From assembly GCA_000388065.2 (NCBI GenBank), contig KB932203.1: a stretch of 64,000 nt of DNA, one strand, 5' to 3'. Position numbers and translations under genes: made by a program. Position 1 is the first letter of the stretch. Each line of letters opens with the position of its first letter. Of the stretch, positions 39,201 through 49,894 are shown piece by piece. Under the pieces are notes generated by a model, which did no database searches, was not told the DNA's origin, and saw only the letters and a program-made list of their open reading frames with translations. Source of the stretch: Fonticula alba ATCC 38817. Lineage: Eukaryota > Protista > Nucleariida.

Positions 39201-39555
39201 GGCCAGCTCCTTCGTGCCGCCGATCATCTTCCCGGAGCTACATTCGGCGGCGGCGACGACGCCGGTGTCAGCCGAGTCCTCCTCCTCCAGTGGGTCCTTG
39301 TCGGATTCCCTGTCCAACCTGTCCTTGAGCAAGCCGCGGTCGCTCTTCTCCTTCGCCTCCTCGGCGCCAGCCAGCCAGCGCGCCGACAACGGGCTCCCCC
39401 TGATCCAGGGCCGGACCGGGTGTGTGACGCCGGTCAAGTGCTTGGAGATCTACACCGTCTTTGTGGGGACCCTGCCAGAGCATGAGGTCATCTCGCAGAC
39501 GCGTCGACTGGTCAAGCGCCTGCGCGAAACGGAGAGTGACAAGATCTTCATCTGA
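36203..39555 (+). CDS. HPS1: HPS1 (BLOC-3 tri-longin subunit) homolog
   Basis: HLLLFIGNKLAGHY...LSPSDLLQL, CPGLVHFALVDRSSGWMVVP, YFHNVWFE and KCLEIYTVFVGTLP..VISQTRRLVKRL parallel the HPS1 motifs I recall. Confidence 0.8.
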
Positions 39556-40250
39556 CCACGATGCGCGGCCACTGGGCGCCTCCCCACTTTGTCCTCTTTC
39601 GCACAGTGCCCCATTCTCCTGGATGGCGAGGGGGCAGGGGGAGGTCGAAAGAATACACGCGTATTGCCAAGCGCAGTGGGCAGCCACTCCTTGTTTTGTT
39701 CACACACATCGCGCGTGGAGAGGGGGGGGGGGGGGAGGTTGGGGCGGCGAAGGGTCGCGTCCCCCCCCCCCCACATGAAGGTGGACACCGAGAAACCGAG
39801 AACCAGTTGTTTTTTTTCCCTTGGCACAATCGATGTGTCCCGCGCGCGTGTTGAGAAGAAGGCCCGCCACCACACGACACACACTCCCCCTTCCCCTGGT
39901 GCCAGGAGAGGAATCGCCTCTGATGGGCGGCACGCGAAGTTGCCCAGCCCCCCCACTGCCCGAGGCCGCCCACCCCCACACGCACGCATTCCACAGCAAT
40001 ATACCGCAAAAACAAATCAAGAGAGGGGAATGGGAAAGGCGAAAGGGGGTCATCTATTGAGGGAGGAGGAAAAGGTGTCCGCCGCGGGTGTCTTCGCTCC
40101 AGGAGGAGACCTAAAAAAGGCCACATAGGTATGTGTTGCTCCATTTCCCATGCTGCGAGGCGACAGGGGCCTAAAAAGGAGGAGGGGAGGAAATGTCAGA
40201 AGAGGAAGGCAGAAAGGAGAGAGAGGGGGAGAAGCGCCGAGAAGGAGGAG

Positions 40251-40327
40251 AGGTGCTTCAGTTACCGTCATAGCTAAAAGCTATTATCATAGATAATCAG
40301 CGACGATTGTGTCATCAAAAGACACCT
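40251..40327 (-). ncRNA. Box C/D snoRNA, snR79-like (18S Cm1007 guide)
   Basis: Terminal stem AGGTG/CACCT, box C TGATGA (40317-40312), D' CTGA, C' ATGATA, box D CTGA (40261-40258). Guide CUAUGACGGUA is complementary to conserved 18S UACCGUCGUAG (one G-U pair). Confidence 0.85.
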
Positions 40328-40761
40328 CACTCTCTTGTTGGCACTTGCCCCGAGGCTGGAGGGGGGGAGACAAGGAGAGACGCACCCAGAGGAGAAGGGG
40401 GAGGAGACACGCATGGGTGCGCGTGTGCACGGGACACAATGGCCGGCCACACGGTGGCATGCACGCCGGCCCACCGGGCAGCATGTGCGACGGGGGGGGG
40501 GAGGCGCAGCATCCACAAGGTATCCACACAGGGGCGCGTGGTCACCGGGTGAAATGAAAAAGAGTACGCCGAAGCCTCGGGTGGTGGGCGGACAGGCCGC
40601 CCCTGGTCCCTCTCATGCGGGGGAGCATGGGGGGAGGGGCGCGCGCGCACACACTCACGGGCAGCAGCGTCTTCAAGGGGCGGAGAGAGAGAGAAGCAGG
40701 GGTGGACATGTCAGAATGGGCAAGGGAGGGGGAAAGGGAGAAGGGAGGGAGGAGGAGCATT

Positions 40762-40858
40762 TCGCTACCCTCATGGAGATTGGTAGGCTCCCAGTGGCAA
40801 AACTGGCACCTATCACCGGACATCATCGTCTAATTAAAGGTAATCAAAGGAAAAGCGA
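40762..40858 (-). ncRNA. Box C/D snoRNA candidate with variant boxes (C TGATTA / D ATGA)
   Basis: Terminal stems TCGCT/AGCGA and CCT/GGG, D' ATGA, C' GTGATA and an internal hairpin. The 3' end lies 91 nt from a branch point/polypyrimidine/AG 3' splice site. Confidence 0.6.
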
Positions 40859-40980
40859 GCTGGCTCGAGGGGGGGGGGAAAGGAGAGGAGAGGGAGATAC
40901 GAACATCTTGTCGGGATGGCGGAAAAGCCAGGTGAACTTGTCCCTCGGGTCTCGATGTCCCCGGGCTCCGGGCGGTCCCC

Positions 40981-40987
40981 TTTTATA
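40981..40987 (-). promoter_or_regulatory. TATA box (TATAAAA) upstream of the snoRNA host transcript
   Basis: Canonical TATAAAAG in otherwise GC-rich DNA, about 85 nt upstream of the first donor. Confidence 0.5.
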
Positions 40988-41304
40988 CCTCTCTTGCCCG
41001 TGTGCGGCGGGATCCCCCGGTGGCGACGCCGATGCCTCGATTCCGGCCAGCACATGGGGCACGGATGCCACCCGCCGCTGCTGTCGGCGGAGACGACCAT
41101 ACCTCGCCGCCCGCGCCCCTCCACACCCACTGCGCAGGGTGTACGAGGGGGGGGGGGCGAGAGTTCCGGCGAAAAAGGGTCGGCTCGTGGGCAGCTCGCC
41201 GGACCGGGGATGCTTCCAGCTCGCCGACGGACCTGTTTTCCGTCGGAAGAAGAAGATGCTATATAGTCGGTGGGGAGTGGGGGTGTGGCATGGGCGACTG
41301 CCCG

Positions 41305-41305
<1 letters not shown>

Positions 41306-41398
<93 letters not shown>
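41306..41398 (+). repeat. (CA)n microsatellite, about 46 units
   Basis: Perfect dinucleotide run, directly visible. Confidence 0.97.
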
Positions 41399-41400
<2 letters not shown>

Positions 41401-42438
41401 CTAACACGCTCACACGGGGGGCGGATATGCGCACCCCCTGGCCTACACATGCGGGGATGGCCGGGCCTCTCGTCCGGCTGGCCCCCCTCGTGCAACAGGA
41501 AGGGAGTGACCCACCACTTTCCTTGCTGCCCGGGGCACGACCAAGCAAACAGGGTGGGTGCCACAACCCTGCACCATCGGCGGGCGGAATCGCGTTCCCT
41601 TTGGGGTATTTTAAACAACATTCTCGTCCCTCCGTGGCCCCACATCACCCTATTCGTGGTCGTGTGATCATGCGGGCAGGCGACCGCCGCGATGTCTCCG
41701 AGCAGGGCGGCAGGCGGGCGTATGCCAGCCGCACAAGACCAGCACGCTGGTGGGCGGGCACCGAGCGGAACTTGCCCGCCCCTCGGACGGAGGGGGGGGG
41801 GGGGGGGGGGAGGGCGGGGCCTATGCAGCTACACCCCAACAAGAAAGCCCAGGGCAGCCCAGTGGATGTTCTCCTGTTCGATGAGAGAACGGGCGGGAGC
41901 CGGCTGCTGGGCAGAAAACAATGCGCCAGGCTGCAGGGTTCGGGGGAGCAGCCCAACAAAAGAACTACCCTCGGCCGGGGGGGGGGGATCCACGAGAGGA
42001 TGGGGCACTGCCGCGGTGCGCATGGGTAATGTTGGCTCTCTTGACGCCCAGACCAAGAGCTGGACCGAGAGGAAACCCGGCTCTTACAAGGGGGCGTGTG
42101 CCCGGGTCCTCCGTGCCCGGGCCTGCTTCCTCACCAGGTCCCAGCTGATGGAGGGGGGGGGGGGGGGCGGGGGGGAGGAGGCAGGCGGGGAACGGGGGGC
42201 CGGCCCCGCTGGAGGGGCCGGCTCCGCTGGGTTGGTCCTCCTCCTCCCATCCCCTCGGAGGGGCCAGCGGAAGCCAGTGGTCGAGATGGTTTTTGCGCCA
42301 CCGCCGGCAGAAGCCGGGGCCCCTCTGCGCGGGGCGCCTCCCGACACAGCCTGGGTAGACAGTGACTCGCTCTCGCCAACTACTCATCTCCCTCCTCCTC
42401 CTCCTCCTCCCCCTCCTGCTCCTGCTCCTTTGTGCACC

Positions 42439-43234
42439 ATGTTCCTCCGCCGCGCCCTTGTTTCCGCCAACACCCTTGCCGCCCCGCTGCGCGGCGCCAA
42501 GCCCGCCCTGCGCTACGTCTCGGCCCCGAACCCCCCTGCCCTGCCGGCCCACTCTCCCCAGGCCCTCGAGTCTATGTTCCAGGTGCGAGATCAATGCGTC
42601 CGCAAGCACGGGAAGGAAGCGGGAGAGAGTGAGGGCATGCGCGCCCTGGATGACGCTTCTCTCCTCCCGCGAGGAATGCCCGCTGACCGAATCATCTTCT
42701 CTCCCTGCGGCGACTCCTTCATGGCGCCGATGTGGTGGCTTGACGGCCTCCCATTGGCCGCGCCCTCTCCTGCCCTCCCTCCCCACCTTGCACCTCCTTC
42801 GTGGGATGCTTGCCTGGCACTGTGCATGCCCGTTCGCGTGTGGCTCCCTTCGCCGCATTCAGAAGGTGCGCATGCATCCCGCCTTGTGCACAGTTGCCTT
42901 GGTTTCCTGCGACCGACACCTTTCTCACATCCTCCTCCTCCCCCTCCCTCGCTCGCCGGCGCCCAGTTCGAGCAGACCAACAAGACCCCCATGGCCTCCC
43001 TGGTCCTTTACTTCACCGTGGCCTTCATCCCCCTGGCCTGCACCGTGCCCAACCTTCAGTGCGCCCCCCTTCGCTTCCCATTTCCAGGTTGCCAGTTAAC
43101 TTGCGCGGGCCCTGGCCTGCCCCTCAGAAGCTAACAACCCACACACACACGCACACACACAACTCGCCAGCAACTCCCACTACTTCGGCATGCACCTCCG
43201 TGGCCGCCTTGCCGAGGCCAACGCCTCCTACTAA
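42439..43234 (+). CDS. Small (~99 aa) single-pass protein with a mitochondrial-type presequence, family unknown
   Basis: Three exons join in frame: MFLRRALVSANTLAAPLRGAK...MFQ|FEQTNKTPMASLVLYFTVAFIPLACTVPNLH|NSHYFGMHLRGRLAEANASY*. Codon bias is strongly C-ending. Confidence 0.7.
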
Positions 43235-45577
43235 GGTGCCGGTGGTGCTCTCCCTCTTTCCCTCGGGCAAAGCGCCCCGTCTTCCGGGGGCGATAGAATG
43301 AGCGGGAGAAAGAGAAAGAGACGCGACCCAAAGAAGGGGAGGCCGCCACGGCCAGACCGGTGCGTGAGCACCGCCAACAGGACAGGGGTAGACCCCTGTT
43401 CGGTGTGCTGCGCACACGTCGCTCTCGTCCCGGGGCCAATACAGATCTCCCCAAGTGCATCCCTCCTCGGCATGCATCCCCTCCGCCGGTGGTGAAGGAG
43501 GACCAGGCGAGGACGGTGCACCCTCCCTCATGGCTTCTCTCGCCAGTACCAGAACATCCCCGCCCCGCCCCCCCCCCCTGTACAACATTGCTTCAGTTTT
43601 CCTGTCTCCTTCACCCGTCCCTGGGCCCGTGTGTGTGTGTGTGTGCAAAGAGCGTTTCTACCTCCCCCATCCGCTGACAAGGTAGAACGGAGTCGTGAGT
43701 GTCTGTGTCTGTGTCTGTGTCTGTGTGTGAGAGAGAGAGTGTGTGTGTGTGTGTGTAGCAATTCGACATCTTGCCGGAGGTGCCCTTCGAGGAGAGAGGC
43801 GATCGAAGGGGGGGGGGGCATCGAAATCGGCTGTCCCTCTGCTCTATGCTGTGCCCGGGGATATAGTTGAACATGCCGGGCAGGCCAGACACGAGAGAGG
43901 GAGAGAGAGAGAGAAAGAAAGAGAAAGACGGAGGGTGGGGGGAGGATGGGCTTTTGGCGGGAACCCATACTCTGGCCGGAGGATTGTCATCTCCCTTGCC
44001 ATGGCTGCTGCCACCGGGCGGGGGTGGGTGCCCTCCCGGTGGCACTTGGCGCCCGGGGATGAAAGCTGCAGAAAAGAGCGCGGGGGGGGCGGCACATCCG
44101 GCACGGGCCGGCATTGCACACTCGGGGGCCGGATGCCTCAGGGTCCGTCCTGAACCGGCCGCACTCGCCCCCCTCCCCCTGGGGCGGAGGCCGGGTGCCG
44201 AGGGTTTCACCAGGACGCCGGGGGGCCCGGGGCCATCCAGGTACTCGCCCTAGCGGCAACAGCCGTTGAGGGAACACCAATGGAGGGCCAAATGACAGAA
44301 AGCCGCTCAGGAATATGAAAACGCACACATGCGCCACCAATGTCCCGTGTGGGAAGGACGGCGCCCGGGCGCCTGGGGGCGCTCCCTGGCGGTTTTTCCT
44401 CGCAGACACCTTTGCCCGTTTACCGCCTGGCAAGACAGCGCACGTCTCAGGACCGGAGGGGGGCGGGGGGGGGGGGCATCGCCAGTGGCCTTGCACACAC
44501 AGCGTGTCCCCCCCACCCGGCCGACACACATGCGCCGGAGTGCGGTCGTGGGCGTCAGTCTGGTCGGCGACGGCGCGTCAAGCCGAGGAAGGCCGGCTTT
44601 CTTGTTGCTGGACCAAAAGGACTGCATTTAAAAAGACCGGATATATTCACACTTTATCCAGGAGGATGTATTCGCCAGCGGAAATCCCCTTGCATGCGTA
44701 TTACTCGCCAAGGGGGCGTGTGTGAGCATATCCCCGGCTTGTCGGGGGGGGGGCCGGGGGACACCTACTCCGGCGGTGCGGCGCTGTGTGCAGCATGAAT
44801 TTGGGAGGGCGATTAGGCTCTATCTCTGTTGCGTCGGTCGCGGGACGCACCGCCACTGACGCACCGAGGAGCGCATCGACTCACATGAAGATGCGCTCGT
44901 CCCCCCCTCCCCCAGGCGGCCCCCCCGGCGCCGGGGAACCCATCCCGGCCACCCAGGGGCGTCCGGTGTCTTGTCGGTTCTCTGTTGTCCCCGGCTCACC
45001 GGGGGGGGGGGGGGGGGCTTCTCCGCCGGGGTAGGAGGGTGGGGCCTTGTGCGCCGCCGTCGCAGGGCCGCGCACCGGCCCACTCCCAGGCCCAGTCCTC
45101 GCTCGCCCACGTCCGCGCCCGCGCCCACCCCGAGGGGGCGGCGACCCGCCGTTGTAGCCCAGGCCACCGGGTTCTCTCTCTTTCTCTCTCTCTCTCTCTG
45201 TCTCTCTCTCACCATCCCGCGGGCGGGGCCAATCAACTGGCGCCAACACCGGCCCGCTTCCCCCCCCCCCCCCAGCTCCCCGCCCCCATGGGTGCGTTCC
45301 CAGGACGCTCTTTGTGTAACAGGAGGATCATGTTGACGCGGGGATTCTCCCTCTCCTTCTCGCTCTCTGTCGCCCCCCCCCCCGGGCCAGCCCTCTGTGG
45401 TTCACGCTTGACCCCCCCCCCCTCCCCGGGCGGGCAGGCGGATGCCTGTTTATTTCGGGCCCCTCCTCAGGCAACACGGTGATCCCCCCACCCCTCACGG
45501 ATCCCGCCCCCTGGCCCCTCCCACTCCCCCTCCCTTCTGCCCCCTCCTCGCGCGCACTTCCCTCCACTCCCACAGCT

Positions 45578-46421
45578 ATGGCCACTAAGAACAAGTTTGA
45601 TATCCTCAACACCGACGTGTACGTCCCCTCGTCCTCGTCGCCGGATGCCACCAATGCCAACCGCCCGGCCAACTTCTCCAAGAAGCAGCAGCCCGCCAGC
45701 ACTGCCAGCGGCGCGGATGACATGGCCCTGACCGAGGCCGACCAGCGCAAGCTGAAGCGCATGCAGCAGTCCATGGGCAAGGGCAAGAAGTCCGGCTCCT
45801 CGCGCAGCAGCGGCCACACCAGCCCCAAGGCCAAGAGCTCCCCGAGCCAGTCGCCGCCTGCGTCGCCGGCCGCCAAGCCCATGGCCCCGGCTACTGCCAA
45901 GGCCGCCGCCCCGGCCAAGGCCGCCACCCCGGCCAAGGCCGCCACCCCGGCCAAGGCCGCCGCCCCCGCCACCAAGGGCGTCCCCGCTGGCAAGATCGAG
46001 CTGCTGAACAACCGTGACCCCACCTCCAAGGGCGGTGTGTCCGGCTTCTTCTCGGACATTGTCTACTCCGCCTTCCACCCCGGCATCAACCCGAGCGTTC
46101 TGCTCCTGGTGAACATCACCTTCGTCCTGCTGCTGTTGTCCCTGTGCTTCCTTGGCTACGTTTGGGCCTTCAACTTCCACATCTTCTTCCTGATCGCCAT
46201 GTCGATCTTCCTTTGGGCCTCTCTCATCTGGTGCGTACTGGGTTGTGGCCTTTGCCACCCATGTCCTGTTTCCTCTGCTTTTGCTAACCGCGTCTCTCTG
46301 CCTTTGCCTGTGCTTCTGTCTCTGTCTTTATCTTTATCTTTGTCTCTGTCTCTGTCTCTGTCTCTGTCTCTGTCTCTGTCTTTGCCTCTGTCTTTGTCTC
46401 TGTCTCCCGCCCTCTCCCTCT

Positions 46422-46452
<31 letters not shown>

Positions 46453-46609
46453 CCTCTCTCTCTCTCTCTCCCGCTCGACTCGTCCCCTCAGGTTCCTGAG
46501 CCAGCTCCGTGGCGCTTACATCAACGCCGATAGCGGTAGCGCCGGCCCTGAGAAGGCCTCGGGCAAGTCGTCAGCCACCGCCAAGCCGACTGCCTCCAAG
46601 CGCAAGTGA
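45578..46609 (+). CDS. PKR1: V-ATPase assembly factor Pkr1 with a long basic N-terminal extension; possible upstream 4-nt exon ATGG at 45288
   Basis: FFSDIVYSAFHPGINPSVLLLVNITF...NFHIFFLIAMSIFLWASLIW|FLSQL matches the Pkr1 pattern. Confidence 0.82.
46315..46470 (+). repeat. (TCTCTG)n and (CT)n microsatellite in the PKR1 intron
   Basis: Directly visible tandem hexamers and dinucleotides. Confidence 0.9.
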
Positions 46610-47298
46610 GTCCCACGCTTCCCGCCCCTCCCCCCCTCCCCCCTCCTCCTCCTCCTCCTTCTCTAGCGTGTGTATAGGCGCTCCCCCCTCTCCATCCCCC
46701 TTTGTCTTCAGCCCCAGTTCTCTTCACACTTCGCCCTCCCCCCACTCCCCTGTCTCCATCCCTGCCTATCCCGTCGGAGCCACTCCCCTCCCCCGCCAGC
46801 GTTCACAGTTACCACCCGCCCCCTCGTGTCGTCTATCGGCGGCGCGCATCACGCGGCGTGCATGTGTGGATGTCTGTGCGTAGACGTGAGAAGGGAAGCA
46901 AGAGAGCAGGCGGGCCATTTAGTGTGACAGTGCCCCATTCAAAGAAAAACAGCAGCAACAAACACCACCCTTGTCCTTGTGTCCAGGCTCCCTCCCCCCT
47001 TTTTCCGCAACACATCGGGAAGGATGTGCGGTGACCACAAAAATAGACCTTGCATCTTTTGATGCTCGTGTGTGTGTGTGTGTGTATGCATGCGCATGTC
47101 TGCAGTTTTCTTTCACCACCGCGCGTGCACACACGCACGCACACACATATGCACAGGCACACGCACATGCACATGCACGCATATTCTCCCCTCTCCTGCA
47201 GATGTGTTTCTTGAAAAGGGCAGAGGCGCAAGGGAGGGGGAAGGCGGGACGCAAAAATGCAAGGCATTGCGGAAGCAGGACCCTCTTCTCTATTTGCA

Positions 47299-48945
47299 CT
47301 AGTTGTCCACCGTGAAGCGCTGACGCTTGCGCGGAGAGGTATAGGAGGCATCGAAGTGGGCCGTGGGAAGCGCGACATGCTCCCCGGGGGGGTCGCCCAT
47401 GTCGTCGTCCTCCTCAGCCGAGTAGTTGAAGTCCTCGTCGGAGGGGGACCGCGAATCCCGGTCAGATACATCCCCCAGCATGGTCCCGGCAACAAACTCT
47501 GCCCGGTCACTTGCAGCCTGGGGGTTGTGCTCGTCGGCGGGCGAGTCTTCGAAGCTCAGCTCAATGTCTGATGGGTCTTCCCACCCGGCGCCGGCCGCGC
47601 CCTCGTCTGGGCTGATGGCATCATCCATACGAGGCACCGGGTGGAATTCCGGTGTACTGGAATCGACCGCCCACTCCGCGATCGAGGGGGAGTCCTCCTG
47701 CTGTGGCGGCTGCCGCCGATGTTGTTCCTGCGCTTCCCGGGCCTCTTCCGTGCCCTGCCCCGTCCCCGACGCGACGGGGTGCCCGGTCTCGAGCTCGGAC
47801 ATGCTGTTCTCGGCGGCAAGCGGGTACATAGGGCTCGCCGGGGGGCGAACCGCGCGACTGGGGACGAGTGTCCCCCTGGCCTCGACAGCGGCAGCGGCAG
47901 CAGCATCAACGACAGCGCCCGACCGGGTGCCCTCCTCTTCATCATCAATCAGCGAGAGTTCAATCTCGACTCCGGGCCCGGGCGGGGTTTGCCGGATGGA
48001 GACCACCTCATCTGGCGAGGAGATGTCCACCGCCTCATTGGGTCCAGGGATGTGTGTCCCCCGCGGGCGTGGGCGCGGGCGAGGGCGTGCCACCGCCACC
48101 GCCGCAGCCGCGGCCGCCGCCGCCACCGTCGCGCTGTCATCCTCGGAGTGGTCTGTGCGGCTGCGAACGTGTGAGGCCAGCACAGTGGTGCGGGCATTGG
48201 GCGGCGCCTGGTCCAGGAACAGACGAATGCAGTTCCGATATGAAATGGGCTCCCGGCAAATGGGGCACAGGGCCCGGGAGGTCGGGCTGGCCTGCGAGTG
48301 TCTTGGGGACGCAGCCTTCAGCAAAGCCAGCAGGCATGGCCGGCAGTAGACATGTCCACAGGGGGTGGCCATCGGCCGGCGGATGAAGGTCAAGCAAATG
48401 GAGCAATCCAACAGAAAGGCCGTCGGTCGGTCTGCCTCTTCAGCAGTCGGGGGTCTGTGGGACGAGGTTAGGAAAGGGGAAAAGGGAGAAAAAAAGAAGC
48501 CAAAACGCCCAGCCACTCAGAGACACATGTGCGGGGGCCCCTCGGGAAAGGTGGAAGCAAAGGGACGCACTTGGACGAAGCGGCCTCGGCCGCGGGAGCC
48601 ATCGAAAGGCCGACATCCGCCGCCGGGGGAGAGGAGGCCGCCCCCGGGCCAGGTCGAGCTGCCCCGACATTCGGGAACGTCAGGTCGATGACCGGTGCCG
48701 GGGCCTGTCGCGAGGAGGCCGGCCCAACGCCCACACGCATGTGTGCCGGAAGATTGTTGATATCGTTTGGATTGTCCGGGGGCGTCTGCATGTGTGTGTG
48801 TGTGTGTGTGCGTGTGTGTGTAGGGTCAGTGACAGCCGCATCGACGGGGGGGCATGGCCGATGCAGGGCGCACAAAGAAACCCAGAACCGAGTAGTCCGG
48901 CGAGGGGGACCGACTCGGCTGGTGGTGGCGACGGCGGGGAGCCAT
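47299..48945 (-). CDS. C3HC4 RING protein with SUMO-interacting motifs (RNF4/Slx8-like STUbL candidate)
   Basis: RING CSIC...PCGHVYCRPC...CPIC, SIM-like PVIDLT, AVDIS, EVVSI and VEIELSLID, an acidic C-terminus and an NLS-like PRKRQR. Confidence 0.78.
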
Positions 48946-49894
48946 GCCGGAGGAGGGGGGTGGAGGGAGGGGAGGTGGCAGAGGGCGTGAGACTGTCGGG
49001 GAGCAGGGGGGAGGGGGAGAGCGGGGGCCCGGGGGGGGGGGGGCGGGGGGGGTGGAGTGGGGAGGAGGGGGGTGGGGGGGTGGGGGTGGTGGTGGGGGGG
49101 GGTGGGGGGCGAGAGGCACTGCCGGGCCAGGGGGGAGGGCGAGATCTGGGGCCCGATGGGGGGGTGGTGGTGGTCGTGACGAGCGATTAGGGGCCGCGCC
49201 CTCCGCGGGTCCAAACCAGGTGGAACTTCAGTGGTGGAGAGCGATGGCGAGCGGCCGGTGGCGTGTGGATACGCGCATGCCCTTCCCAGACGTGTGCGCC
49301 CGTGCCGCAGGTCCCTCGAAGGTACACCCAGCCCCGGGGCCGGGTCGATCTTCGTCCCCGTCCTCCGTCTTCCGAAGATGGCGCTCTGTTCTCTGTGTCC
49401 CCTTAGATCGGCGCGGTCCGTTGGGACCGGGTCACACCATCTCCCGGGTCACGGAGGGGCTTTTCCGTCAAAGCCCCAGTGGCGATGCGTCTTTTGTGCG
49501 AGGAACATGTGCCCCGGGGACTCTTGTTTTGGATTGCGGACAATTCCTTTTCCGCACGGGCTGCCACCACCCAGCGGGGGGGGGGGGGGGGGGGGAGGCA
49601 CCCCGGGCAGGCGAGCGTGCCCGGGGGGGGGTGTTTCCCCCCCCCCCCCCCACAAAAAGGCTAATTTCCTGGGGCCGGGGGGGGGCCAGGGGCCGCTTCC
49701 TGGGGCGTCCCCCCCCCCCCCCCCGCGTCCCCCTCACAGCTCCGAGATCCTGCTGGGCCGCCATTTCGGCCACCGCCAGATGGCGGGGCTCCGGTCCGGG
49801 ACACATCCCCTTCTCCTCGGCATCGCATGCCTCCTCCTCCTCTTTCTTCTTCTTCCTCCCCCGTTGCTCCTTCCCCCCCCCCCCCTCCTCGAGC

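Larger units (their letters stand above)
39990..40960 (-). ncRNA. Putative non-coding snoRNA host transcript (ends approximate)
   Basis: Donors GTATCT (40900) and GTGAGT (40658). CTGAC branch points with acceptors at 40671 and 40171. The spliced product has only a 25-codon ORF. Confidence 0.55.
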
